Source of the DNA: the human T2T-CHM13v2.0 reference genome, Homo sapiens
Assembly: GCF_009914755.1 (NCBI RefSeq)
Contig: NC_060946.1
DNA: 64,000 nucleotides
Reading direction: 5' to 3' (one strand)
The notes under the pieces are model-generated. The model had not been told where the DNA came from, made no database searches, and saw only the letters and a list, made by a program, of their open reading frames with translations. Shown here piece after piece: positions 10,122 to 26,715 of this stretch. A program made the translations under genes and the position numbers. Each line of letters opens with the position of its first letter. The stretch's first letter is position 1.

Positions 10122-13100
10122 CTAGCTGCCGAAGTATTCCTGCTGGAACTTCTGGAAGTCTTCCTCGGTGAACACGGTGCCCTCAGCCTTCTTCTTCTTG
10201 GTCTTGGCCACAGGCCGGTCACAGGCCTTGCGGCCCCGGTTCTGGCGCAAAATCTGGCGAGGGTGCGGGACCGAGGGCCCATCATTTCAAGAGCAGAGGA
10301 GGCCCGCAAAGGTCACAGGGGAGTTCGGCGCAGGGCAGGGCTGGCCCAGCCTCCCACCCTATGCTCAGGGCTGAGACCGCCATGGGTCCCTAGGGGAACA
10401 GCCTCGGCTCTCACCTCCCAGGTCCCTTCCTATAGTACCCTCGACCAACCTGCTGGCTCACAGACTCAGCCACGGTGCTTCTCGTCCTGGTCAGAAACTT
10501 CAGGTTTACTCTGAGGTGGTCTCGACACTCTCGCTTCCGGTACTCGTCTGTGGGTAGCAGGCAGGGAGCACCATTTCAGATTCACTCCCCCTGGAACCAT
10601 TCTCAGTCCCTGGCCCATGGCCCTGCCAAAGACCTCATCGTTCCCTTCCCAGGTTATTACAGCGGCTGGGCTCTTCTCCATCAAATGCATTCTCCACACA
10701 GGTCCTGCTGAAAGCCCCAGGCTCTTGGCCCCCACCCCCATTTTCCAACAATTATGTCCTGAATACTACTCACCAAGGGAGCTACTCTGGAGCTTTCGCT
10801 TCAGTGAGAGATGAAGGACAAAGGACCCAGTATTTTAGAAGCGCAAACATTTCATGGAGAAAAACAAAAGAGGAAACAGAAAAGGGGAATTCCAGGGGTG
10901 GAGGGTGCAATTTCAAATAGGAGGGAATGAGAAGGTCTCACTGAAATGACTCGAAGAGAGCTGTGGATATCCGGGGAAAGAGCATTTGTCTAGGTAGAGG
11001 GAACACCCAGTGCAAAGGCCCTGAAGCAGAAATGTGTCAAATGTGTTTGAAAAACACAAAACAGCTGGAATGGCTGGGTGCGGTGGCTCACACCTGTAAT
11101 CTCAGCACTTTGGGAGGCCGAGGCAGGCAGGTCACCTGAGGTCAGGAGTTCGAGATCAGCGTGGCCAACATGGTGAAACCCCGTCTGTATTAAAAATAAC
11201 GAAAATTAGCTGGGTGTGGTGGTGGGCACCTGTAATCCCAGCTACTCGGGAGGCTGAGGCAGGAGCATCGTTTGAACTCGGGAGGCTAGAGGTTGGAGTG
11301 AGATGAGACTGCACCACTGTACTCCAGCCTGGGTGACAAAGCAAGACTCCATCTCAAAAAAAAAAAAAACAAACCAAAAACAACAACAAAAACAGCTGGA
11401 GTAGGGGGAGTGGGTAGCAGGAAGAGACCAAGTTTGGCTGGGGGTGGGGGTAGGTCATATAGCCCTTGTCAGGCACCCTAAGACCACCACCTTTTAGTGA
11501 CTACAATGAGAGCCACCCAGAGGAAAAACAAGGAATGACTTCTGATTTTACACAATCACTTTGGTTGCTGTTGAGAACAAGATTACGGGGGGAGGGGCAT
11601 GTGGAAGGCAGGAGACCGGCTAGGCTTCTGCAATAATTCAGGCAAGAGACGATGCAGCTTGGAGCAAAGTGGCAGCTGCAGAGGTGTTCTTTCCATTGGC
11701 TGCGAGGCTTGCCATTCCTCTCACTCAGCATCTATGTGCCAAAACCTGTGGTGGACACCAAGGCTGCGGACAAGCCCAAGGAGGTGTGTGCCTTTAGGAG
11801 CTTCCATCCAACAGGGGAGGTGGGTGAGCACCCAGGACACGACAGTGAGACAAGGGCTGGGACAGATGGGAATGACCTCTGGCACTCCACACTCCTGCTT
11901 CATGGCAAGTATCGCTGGGGCTCAAACCTGTCTCACTTTCCTGCCTCCAGACTTTGGCTTAAGTTGTATTTCCTCCTTGGAATTCATAATTCTTTTAACA
12001 AATACTTTAACATCTTTTATGCATTAGACTCTAGGGATTCAGACACAGTAAGAGCTTGCCACGTCCTGACACATGTCAAAATATCACCATCTTGCCTACA
12101 CCAGCCCCTCCGAAAGTCTTTATGTCTATTAAGTGACACTACGTCCCCCAAGAAACTAGGCTCCACCTTCACAGCCAATTCACCACTAAAACCCCTCTAA
12201 AGGCTGAAATTCTCTGCTGCCCCCTCTTTAACATATTTTCCACCTGCACAATTCTCTTGTTATCTCTGCTGCTATAGCCACTGCCCAGGCCACAGCATGT
12301 CCTATTTCAATGGAGTAGGTAATAGCAGCACTCTGGAGACACAATGCCCGGGCAGCCACAATGCCTGTACCACCTGGGCAGGTGCCTTTTTCTGAATCTG
12401 TAAAACGGGGGTGATAGTAGTATCGACCTCAAAGGGCTGCTGTAAGGATCAAACGAGCTTACATTTGTACAGCACTTAGAATCAGCACCTGGTACAGAGT
12501 GTTAGTGAATGTGTTTAAATGCTCCATCTTTGATCCTCATTCACTAGGTCACCTTTACCAGCCTTTATTTTTTCAAATTCTCAAAGGCAACAACCTCCTT
12601 TCTGACTCAGGACCTTTGCACATACTATTCTTCCTAGAATATTCTCCTACTTTTCACCTAGCTCACTCTTATACATCCTTCAGCTCTCGGCTGAAATGTC
12701 GCTTCCTCAGAGAAGGCTGACTTGGCCTAAGTCCCCATCAGAGTACCGTAGTCTTTTAATTCATAGGCTTCAATGCACTTAGCAATGACACACTGGGTTT
12801 GATATTCTTTGATGCTTCTCTCCCCACTAGGGCCGTAGTCCACGAGGACCAGGACGGTGGCGTGTTCTGTCACCTTCGTATGTCCAGGGCCCCGCTCCGC
12901 GCCTGGCACACAGTAGGTCTAGCAATACCGGGCGAACGCTTCAAGCCCTGCCTCAAGCGCCACCTCCTCTGGGGCGCAGGTCCCAGCACCGGAGGCAGCA
13001 CTTTCAGCCCCTTCCCGAACTTACCCAGTGCCGACTTGGGCACCTTTCCCTTGGCCGAGTTCCGCAGTTTCTGGGCCTGAATTGCCTTCGTCTTCCGGGG

Positions 13101-13368
13101 CCGTTTCACCGGAGCCCCTCTCGGCTTGGCCTGACCTGGAGGGTCCCGGGGGGCTGTAGGGGAAGAGAGAGGAAGAGACCCAGGTCAGAGGGCGCGCAGC
13201 GTTCCCATGCCACTGGGGCTAAGCCCGGCCTGGATTGTTTTCCATCCAGGGCTCCCGCCCGCAGCCACTACCATCCTCCTGCCCGCGCCGGACGTCCCCT
13301 GGCCAGCCCTCCTCACCCTCGGACGCCGCCAGCAGCTCCAGGCCCCGCCGCAGCAGGGCGGCGGACAT
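10122..13368 (-). CDS. RPS19BP1: Ribosomal protein S19 binding protein 1 / AROS (active regulator of SIRT1); complement(join(10122..10253,10450..10547,13025..13153,13317..13368)), 136 aa
   Basis: [17 protein letters not shown]|[43 protein letters not shown]|[33 protein letters not shown]|[43 protein letters not shown]. All introns are GT-AG; 52+129+98+132=411 nt. Confidence 0.97.
11072..11392 (+). mobile_element. Alu (AluS-like) inserted in a degraded L2-like region of RPS19BP1 intron 2
   Basis: Full Alu consensus with TSD-like AAAACAGCTGGA on both sides. Confidence 0.9.
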
Positions 13369-13720
13369 GGCGGCGCTTGGCTCCGCCCACGAGCCTCACA
13401 CTACTTCCGACCTGGCAGTCCCTGTCGTCTCGGCGGAAACCCGAGCCCGAACAGAGGGATCCGGAGGGGGATGGGCGGAAGTGCCCATCTTTCTTAGGAC
13501 GCATGCGTTAGGGGTTTACACTTGAGCGGAAGAAGGGGCGGAAACTGGAGGCGGGTCCAAGGCGCAGAAAGACACATGTGTTACTCAATCCCAATCTACC
13601 TGGCTCCTGGCGCTCAGTCCCCTCCTTCCCCGGAAGCCGTCCGCAACCTGCTCCGCCGGGTTGGCCAATCCTCTCGGGTCTCGTGGCTCCGTGGCGGGCT
13701 AGGATGGGGACAGGGCGGAG
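12830..13720 (-). promoter_or_regulatory. RPS19BP1: CpG island / TATA-less housekeeping promoter of RPS19BP1
   Basis: Several ETS/GABP CGGAAG motifs (~13404, 13476, 13527, 13630), NRF1-like CGCATGCG at ~13500, CCAAT at ~13665 and a GC box at ~13713. Confidence 0.85.
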
Positions 13721-13769
13721 TGTTTTTCATATACTTCAACCAGCACTAGGTATCGCACAGGTTGAGTGC

Positions 13770-14360
13770 AGCATGAGAATCCAGTTGTCTTCCCTTAAGC
13801 CAGACATTAAAGACATATCTTTGTTTTGAAAACTACAATTATTTCTCATAAAATACGTTGTTTATGTTACCAAGCAATGGGTTTATTGTCATTTTAAGTG
13901 AATTAATGAATATGTAAAATTTTTGTTTTAGTTTCTAGTATGGCAAATATCAGTTGCCTACATACAAAAGTTCTTTGGGATCCTGAATTTTTTAAAATTT
14001 ATTTTATTTAATTAAATTAATTTTTTTTTTGAGACGGAATCTCGCTCTGTCGCCCAGGCTGGAGTGCAGCGATCTCGGCTCACTGCAACTTCCGCCTCCC
14101 GGGTTCAAGCGATTCTTTTGCCTTAGCCTCCCGAGTAACTGAGATTACAGACGCCCGCCACCACGGCCGGCTAATTTTCTTTTTAAAAAATTTTTAGTAG
14201 AGACGGGGTTTTGCCATGTTGGCCAGGCTGGTCTTGAACTCCGGACCTCAAGTGATCCGCCCACCTCAGCCTCCCAAAGTGCTGGGATTACAGGAGTGAG
14301 GGGATTCTGAAGTTTTAAATGTAAGAAGCTTCTTAGACCAAAACATTTGAGCCCCTCTGG
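13770..14360. mobile_element. hAT-Charlie-type DNA transposon remnant interrupted by an antisense Alu (~14020-14298)
   Basis: ATGAGAATCCAGTTGTCTT...AAGCCAGACATTAAAGA and TTAGACCAAAACATTTGAG resemble my recollection of the Charlie1 3' end. GGGATCCTGAATTTTTTAAA / GGGATTCTGAAGTTTTAAAT is duplicated around the Alu. Confidence 0.65.
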
Positions 14361-15579
14361 CCTAGAAGTGACACTGCTTACCTGGGGGAGGAGCCCTGGG
14401 CTTGTTCGCTGCTCCATCTGCAGCTGGCAGCCCAGCACCTGGCATGGAGAAGACACGCAATAAGTGAACGGTGAATCAGAAGGGACCACTGGGTTCACTC
14501 AGCCGGGTTCTGAGGGCCTTCTGTGTACTTGACACCACAGAGTGTGGGACCTGGAGTTCGTCCTCCGGGACAGACCACACCGTTTAAGCTCCATCGGCTA
14601 GAGAGTAATAATAACAACCAACACAAACTCAAGCATTTGTGCTGTTCTACGTGCTTTACATTTGTTAACTTGTTTATCCCCCCTACCCTTCCAGGTAGGA
14701 ATTGTCTTTTGCATTTTACAGACGAGGAAACAAACACAGAGAGGCGAAGGTCACACGGGTGGAGTCAGGGGTGGGAGTTAAGACTGGCAGCCTGGCCGCA
14801 GGATTTGTGGGGGCGCTCCTGCCCCAGCCACCAGGGAGAGCAGTGCTGTGGTGCTGGGTGGGGCCTGTCAAGCCATGGGGTCAGGTAGGCCCCTGGAGGG
14901 TGAGGAGGAGCTGACCATGTATGGGCAGCGGGGATTGTTCTAGGCGGAGACCGCTGTAGCGAGGACCTATCCCCTGTGACACACGAGTGGCCCTTCAGGA
15001 TGCCATGCTGGGCTGGAGGGTCGCAAAGGCCTCAGACTCCATGATTTTGTCCTAAGGGGAGTGTGGGGCCTGGAACCCAGTGACTGTTCAGACATATGCC
15101 TCCTTCCTGCTTCTAACATAGCCGGATTGTTGTCTTACTTATTATGTGTATTGCGTATTGTCTGTTTCCCCGCCCATACCCCACTGTAAGCTCCGCAAGG
15201 CAGGGATCTTTGTTTTGTTCATTGTTATATCCCTAGCGCCTGGAACAGTGCTTGGCATACGGTAAGAGTTCAGAAACGCACGAAATGAGTGGATGAGAGC
15301 TGAGTTTGGGACGCCAGTGAGCCGCTGGGTTGAGGCCCAGGAGGTCGTGGGATGTGCAGCGAGTCAGCCTCTCAGGAGGGCAAAGGACCAAGCTCTGTCC
15401 TCCTCCCGATCTAGGCTGAATCAGCCCACGGTCCCCCGGGTGGAGGAGTTTTCTGCCAACGTGCCAGGTGGACCCCTGCAGCGTCCGCAGCCCAGCCGGG
15501 CACGGGCGGGACGGCAGGCCAGGCGCTGCCCCAGCCTCCCGCGGAGTTATCAGCACATCCGCGGGGCCGGGCGCATTTC

Positions 15580-15597
15580 TGCCAATAGGTGGCGCCG
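15580..15597 (+). promoter_or_regulatory. Candidate CTCF site in a small CpG-rich patch
   Basis: TGCCAATAGGTGGCGCCG fits the CCnnnAGRKGGCRS core. Confidence 0.6.
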
Positions 15598-17865
15598 CAG
15601 GACAGCTTTCTCACGCGGCGAGACTCCAAGGCCTCAGCTGCGCCCACCCGGGCTAGGTGGGGGTGGGGGTCCGGACGTCCTTCTGCCTCGGCTGGCTCCT
15701 TGCAGCCAGCACCGTGTGGCCCCGGCTTCCTGCTGTCCCGCACCCCCTCCCACTCTCACCCTGGCCTGGAGGAGTGGCTGGGGAAGCTGAGGCAGAGCCA
15801 CCAGGCTGGGCTGCCCAGGGCGGGGGGCGAGGTCCCTTCCTGAAAAGTGTGCAAATGACAGCTGGGAGCTGTGTGACCCCAGCAATCCCTTAACAAAGAG
15901 TGCCTCAGTTTCCTCATTGGTTGGATGGGGCTTGGCAGGGCAGCATCCCCCTTCTAGGAGAGGTGTGAGAACCGGTGGATCAATACCGTGCCGTGTGGGC
16001 CGGGCCTGGGTGGGTCTGCGCCCAGGGACTGCGTGTAGAGGGTGCTACAGCGCTGCCATGCTACCTGCTCCCTCTGGGCAAGACGGGATGGGCAGGGGCA
16101 GCCACTGTTGGGCCCAAGCAGATCACCCCACAGCCCGCATTTGGGCACCTGCGACCTGCCAGTCTTGACGTTGGCCCTGATGGGTCAAGCTGGGGGAGGG
16201 GGAGGGGGGTTGGGCAGCTGCTTCCTGTCTCCCTGTGGGAGGGCGGGTCATGAGGTCTCCCAGGCTAGTTCCCCACCTGGCATGACCCTGGATGAGCGGC
16301 TTCACTGCTCTGAGCCTGTTTCCACACTGGGTCCCTGCCTGCCCCTGATCCCCGCACTGAGGCTTTTGGCCACACAGAGGAACCATCGCCATAAAGGGCC
16401 CTTCGGCCCCCATGCCCTATGTCTCCTCCCAGGCTCCGTGAAACAGCTTAACTACCCTGGGCCTGGGAGGCTGAGAGGCAGGTGGCTTTCTGCAGGGCTG
16501 TGCAGCCCTTCAAGAACAGAGTCAGGACTCAAGCCCAGGTCTCCGGGTCCTAAGCAAGAGTATGTGTGTGGCCCCCAGGGACCAGTGGCCCCCTGGAGAG
16601 GGGACCGTAGGGTCTCTGGGAGGTGAGCAGTTCTGGAGAGGGTGTCCTGGTGGTCTGGGGCTGGCACAGATGCCCCGGTTTCCACAAGGCCTCGGCTCAC
16701 ACAGCTGTGTGTCCACAGGCAAGCCGCCCTCCCTCCCCTAGCCCATTTCCTCTTCCGAGGTTTTGGGGGCTTTAGAGAGTATTGTCCAGTCCTCCATACA
16801 GGGCCGAGGCGGGAGGCGCCCGGAGCTCCTGGCTCCTGTGGTATGAAGGGAGCACTTGCTCCAGAGCCAGGCTGTACATCCTGGCTTTTCCACTTACTAG
16901 CTGTGTGACTTTGGGCAAGTCCCACAACCTCTCTGTGCCTCGGTTTCTTCGTTTATGAGTTGACTATGATAATAATCCCTACCTCATAAGGCTGCTGTGA
17001 GGATCGAGGGTTGAGCATTTGGAATTCCGTTGGACGCAGAATAAGCACTCTAGTTTGTGAATCAGTGATTGCTCTGTGGACAGCAGTGTGCCGGTGGGAC
17101 CTGGGCCCCCATCTGTGGGTGTGACCTGCACTTGTATGTCACCTCTGGATTTCCACACTCTTGTGCTCACACACGGTTAGGTTGGAGGCCACAGGGAGTA
17201 ACACCTGACAGCCTGGAGTCGCTGATTCCCGTTCAGACGCCGCCTTTGCCGCTTAGCAGATGTGTGACCTGGGCACCTACCTCACCTTTCTGAGCTTCGA
17301 GGGGGCGCTTGGGGTCTGTTGGAGGTGCAGTGAGGTGGCATGAAATGTGCTCAGCACCAGGCCTGGCATTTATTCATCTGTGCAGTCAATAAATACCTGC
17401 TGATACCACTGACGGAGCAGCCAATAGGAGAAAAACCAGCCAGCATTTGCTGAGCGTGAACCAGGAGCTGCTCCACGTGCAGGAGGCGGGCATTGGGGTG
17501 AATGAAGGGCTCCGTTGGGCCTGGCGGTGCCCACATGCTCGTGTTACACTCTCAGCAAGTGTGAGTCTCTGTCGTCCAGGGTCTGCAGGGTTCAGGGTGG
17601 CACCCACCAGTCCCAGGGACAGCAGCCCCCTCAGGGCATCCAGGCAGAGGCCAAGTGGCTTCTTTCCAATCATGTGAATGGTGAAATAGTGGCATGCCTG
17701 ATTTTAAGGGTATAATGAAGACACAGAAGAAGCTACTGGAAATTATCCATGGAGATATGGGGTCAGCCAGTAACCCCCGGGTGGGGGTCAAAGGTGGGGT
17801 CTTTTTAATGTCTCCACCCTGACCAGCCAAAGATGCGGCTCTGCCATTAAGCTACTGTGTGAAGT

Positions 17866-18189
17866 TTTTTTTTTTTGTTTTTTTTTGTTTTTATTTTTTT
17901 TTTTTGGAGAGCAAGTCTTGCTCTGTCCCCCAGGCTGCAGGGCAGTGGCGCGATCTTGGCTCACTACAACCTCCTTCTCCTGGGTTCAAGCGATTCTTCT
18001 GTCTCAGCCTCCCGAGTAGCTAGGATTACAGAGGCCCGCCGGTGTGCCTGGCTAATTTTTGTATTTTCAGTCGAGACAGGGTTTCACCATGTTGGCCAGG
18101 CTGGTCTCGAACTCCTGACCTTAGGTGATCTGCCTGCCTTGGCCTCCCAAAGTGTTGGGATTGCAGGCATGAGCCACCAGTGCCTGGCC
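17866..18189 (-). mobile_element. Alu (AluS-like)
   Basis: Antisense Alu consensus with CT(A/G)CTGTGTGA flanking both ends. Confidence 0.9.
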
Positions 18190-19800
18190 TGCTGTGTGAT
18201 CTTGGGTACATTCCTCCCAGTCCCTGGAGAAAGATGGGGCGGAGTCCCCAGTCCTGCCAGGTCCCCAGGGCCACTGAGATGTTAAGAGGTTACAGGAAGA
18301 GGAAAGGGTGAGCTTGGAAGACTGAGGGGAGAACTTGGGGGCCCCTTAGCAAGCAAGCACCCCTTCCTCAAGCCAACTTGTACCCAAAGACCTTACCAGT
18401 AGGTTGGGGTCAGATGGGAGGTCCTTAGGCAGAGCGGATGTCACCTGGCTCTGGGAACTTGACCTCGCTGTAAGATCTAGAATAAGTCCCTCCTCTATTC
18501 TGGGCTTTGCTATCCCCATCTGGGCAGTAGGGACAGACATAGCACTTTGTCGCAGAGAAAATATCCCTATAGGGCTTTGGGAGAGGAGGGCGTGGGGAGT
18601 GTGTGGTTCTGGGGCCTCAAGATCTCTGTGGTGGGGGTTCTGGCTCCCAAGGGGCTAGAATGGGGTTGGGGAGAGTTCTGTCCCTTCTAATCTCCGTCCT
18701 TTAATTCTAATTATGTCTCCATTAAAATGCAAATTTCCAACCAATACCCTTGGAAGGGAGGCCCTGTTGTCATAGCAACTGGCGTCTGTGGGGTGGTTGG
18801 GGAGAGGAGCAAGTCTCCATCTTCTGATCCTTCCAGACCAAGCTGGGGCCTGCCCAGAAGCCCCTTTCCTCCCCAGCTCAGAACTCTGAGCATCTCATCC
18901 ACAGCTTGGGGGGCTCCTGCCCTGAGGCCATGTCTTCAGGGAAAGGGAGCTGGGTAACCATGCACAAATCATTTCTCCTTCTTGGCCTCAGTATCCCTAT
19001 CTGTGAATTGGAGATAACAAGTCCTCTCTTGCACGCCCGTCCTGGGGATTCAGTGAATTAATGTATGAGCCATCAGGGAAGGGAGTCTGCCTTCCAATGA
19101 GGTTCCCGGGAACTCCCTGAAGCCAAGGCCTGGAGGCCTGGACCGCTCCCTGTGTGGGGTCAAGGCTGTCTCCTGCCTTCAAGTCCTACTCCCTGCTCCA
19201 TCTGTGGACAAGGAGCCAAAAAGATGGTGTAGGACGTACCTTTAAGGCCTATGTAGACTCATTTCTTCAGGCTGAAGCTTCCATCCTGCTAATCATGTAA
19301 CCATTTAACTTTATGCTGTTCTTTCCTTGCAAGTTGGATATGGATACCTAGAAAATGGGGAGGGGGTCTTTCTTCTCCCAGCGGATCTGAAAACAAGGGA
19401 GGATAAAGAGAAGAAATTTTAAGAAGGGAAAAGACAGCTGGCAAAAGAAGCAGCAAGAGGTGAATATGTGAGGCCTTTTTGCCTCTGCTGGTAGGAAGCT
19501 CAGGTTGGAAATTATTATTCAATTGTCCTAAGTGTAATTTATTACATGACTGTATTATATCCCTATATTATTCAGCTCTAATAAACGTTCATGTCAACTT
19601 TCTAGTACATCTAGCTCATGCCTATTCCCTAGTGGTTTCTGATCTTTTATTTCACTTAAAAAATCCTCTTTAGAAATAGCTGAGAGTATAAATTATAAAT
19701 TAGCAATTATGACAGAGAGAGAGAGAAAGAGAGAGCATGCACAGCTGTTCTGTGCAGACCTTTCAGCCCCTAGGCTTCCATGATTGTGGCCTTATACTAA

Positions 19801-20407
<607 letters not shown>

Positions 20408-21479
20408 AATTTTGCATTCTTAACATTGAGCTGGTGAGAATGCATCCCATCAAGAACAAAGGTGAGCCCCTGCCTCTAAAAAAATTAAAAAAAAACCCCA
20501 ACTATTGTTGTATTAAAGTTCTGAGATTTTAGAATTTTGATAGCATAGCCTAACATGTACTGACTAATACATCTTCCAGTTCCCCTCGTGACAGTCCCCC
20601 TTGATCCCTCTGGGAAGCCAGGCTGGGGCTCTGGCATGGTCTGTATCACAGGAGGGGTACAGAGGCACAATGAGGAGCAACAGGCTTTGCCACAGTTTCA
20701 AAGTCACATGCTCACTCAGTCTTCCAAACCATTCCCCCTGTGGGCTCAGCCTTCGAGAACACAAAGGACTAAGAAGCCTGCGCCTCAGCCTCTCCACTTC
20801 CCTGGCCAGGAGCTGAGCCTTCTTCCAGGCCCTGGGGTTTCCTTAGCCACAGAGGAATCCACACCTGGGGATCATGAGGTCGCTGGGAGGTGGACTTAGA
20901 GAAGAATGAGTGTTGGGGCTTGGGCTCCCTACCGTGTACTAGGTGCCAGCCTAGGACAGTCCGCCCCTCTGGGCCCCCTTGGCCAGCAGAGAGAAGGTGC
21001 AAAAGTGTGCTCCTGTTCACCCTGCATGGTAGAGCTGAGCGTGCAGGGAACAGGGCCTGAGGAGGTCAGGGGGACTTCCCTGAACCCCAGAGCTCTTGGG
21101 TAGGTGTGTTCGGAGGGCTGCATCTGTGTGAGGTGCCCTGGACCAGGAGGCAGGATGTGGCCAGAAGGGAACTGTAGGAGCTCAGAGGAGAAAAGAGAAA
21201 AGAGTTGAACACTGGACCAACAAACTCCACGAAGACCCCCAACAGGGGGCCAGTTCAGTCCATTCCAGCCCGTGGTATCCAACCCAGGAGATGCTCCCTG
21301 AGTCTCCATTTTCTGTCCCTCAGGGCTGGGCTTTGGAGACACAGAAAAGAGTGGTGCTGTCCCTGCAGAGAGACCCTGCCTTGGTGTGATAAGGGCTGGT
21401 GGTGCCAGAGTTGGAAAGGAGGGGAGGCAGGGAAGGAAACCAGCTGGGGGCCTGAACACCAGGCAAAGCATTGTTACCC

Positions 21480-21945
<466 letters not shown>

Positions 21946-22009
21946 CTCTGTGAAGGAACCCTGCTCACAGGCACACAGAGCTTTGGAAGAGTTTTGGCTT
22001 CGGCATTTT

Positions 22010-23830
<1,821 letters not shown>

Positions 23831-24559
23831 GTTAAGTCAGATAAAGTGCCTGCCAAGAGAAGACCTCAAGAAACGCTCACCAGGATTATGATCATACGGC
23901 CATCTGCAACCAATTCCCCGGCTGCGTGCGCGAGCCCTGTGTGCTTTCCAGTACCACGTGGGGGCGTTCTCCTCTGTCCCTTACTTTCTCTACCCCCTGC
24001 CTCCCCGACCCAAAGCTCAAGTCTGAAGGGGGATTTCTTGCAGGGAAGCAGTGGTATACAGAGTTCTGCAGGAAAATGAGAGCTTCTAGTCTCTCCTTCT
24101 CCCTTCTGTGAAACAGGAGAGGAAATCCTCCCTCCCTCTTGGGAATTACTGAGTGTTTCTCAGACTCCAGCTGAGTCTCCAGTCCCTAGTTCCTCAGAGA
24201 CCCAGATGAATTAAAGTTGTAAGTAAATTAGGAATCGTTCATTATTTGATGGCTGGGATCCTTTGGCAGGTGGAGTGGTGGAGGAGGGGAGGTGGGGCCA
24301 TCTTCCTGCTGGGCTCAAAGATTCTCTCCGGAGAGGTGTGTTTGGCCCAGGCCAGCCCAGGGGCCTAAGAGAGAGAGCCGGCCCCCACTCCTCCTGCTCA
24401 GAAAGATCCTTCCCACAGTCTCAGATACCACTGTCTTCCTGGACAATCTTGCAAGAGGCCTTTTCTCTCTCAGCCTTAGTTTTCTCATCTGCAAAATGGT
24501 ACCAAGGGTGGGGGGGAAGATTCTATTCAATTGTCTTTAAGGTTGATTTAGGCAGTAAG

Positions 24560-25570
<1,011 letters not shown>

Positions 25571-26589
25571 GCTCAGCTATAGGCAATACGTTTATATCCA
25601 TAAACTTGGACATCTCTTCTTCTGTAATACCTGCGATACTGTTTTTGTTCGAGGAACCAATTTGTACCCCCACCCTAACCCTAGGATATTCAGCCAAGTA
25701 TTTTTCTCATATAGAAGGACAGATAACTAAGTGAATCGGTATGGCAGGCTCTGTGCTAGCTGCTGGGGGTGCTGCAATGAGTTATGGTATTTCCTGCCTT
25801 CCAGAAGCTCCCTCTCCAGTGGGGGACACTGGGGAGCTGGGCCTCGAAGGAGAAAGGAGGGCACTCCAGGTTGGGGGGAGCAGCATGTGCAGAGGCCTGG
25901 AGGCATGAGTCAGTGAGGGATAGGGAAAGTGTAACTGACCTCTGAGGAGCAGGTGTGTGCCAGCCAACGAGGCCCCTTTGTCTGACCAGGGGAAGGGAAG
26001 GTTAGTGCTCCTCTCCCTCCCCAGAGGAAAACAAAATTTTAGAGACTGTCAGAAATGTGATGGAGCTGTCAGGAGAACATGAAACAGCCACGTACCCTGG
26101 GAAACGGAAGTCACAGCTCTGTTTGTTCTGTGACAGTGTGAAAACTCACAACCTTTTCATCGAGATGGGTAACGAAAACATGAGAAAACTGGAAGTGCTT
26201 TGGTTTGGCTCAGCTGAGGACATTACTCCAAGCCCGCCCAGGCTCTCCCCTCCGGCCTGGATTCGTTTCTGTGTCAACACTCGCCCAGCCTTGCACAGCC
26301 GGGCACACGGGCGTCTCCCTCTGCAGTGGTTCCCCGACTTGTCGGCCATCTTCGCTGGTGGTGTTTTCCTTGGTCACTGTGGTTATTTGAAAGCGATGTC
26401 AAAGCAAACACTGCTCTCTCTCCCTGAAAACCCCTGGCAGGAGCTGCCTTTCTCACCGTCCCTGTCCTTCGTCTCCTCCTGTCCCTTCCTTCCTGCCGCA
26501 GCCTCTTCCCTCAATCCTACTGAACTCCTTCCTGGGAGAGGTTAGGGCGGGAATCGCCACCTTCCAGGGCACGGAGAGGCGAAGCGGAA

Positions 26590-26610
26590 TTCAGCACCAC
26601 GGACAGCAGC
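26590..26610 (+). promoter_or_regulatory. RE1/NRSE (REST/NRSF binding site)
   Basis: TTCAGCACCACGGACAGCAGC versus consensus TTCAGCACCACGGACAGCGCC: first 18 nt identical, 19/21 overall. Confidence 0.92.
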
Positions 26611-26715
26611 CCGGCGCGCAGTTGGCGTGCGGTTGGTTGGCTCAGGAAGTTATTCTGTAGGTTTTGTAGGTTTATGACCCGCTGTTGGGTAGCAAAAGGC
26701 CTTGAACGCTGACTC

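Noticed and set aside
12482-12500. Second RE1-like motif TCAGCACCTGGTACAGAG
   Set aside because: It has a mismatch in the critical GGACAG half-site and lies in a MIR 3' tail whose consensus already resembles it.
17351-17368. RE1 left half-site TCAGCACCAGG
   Set aside because: No right half-site; MIR-derived.
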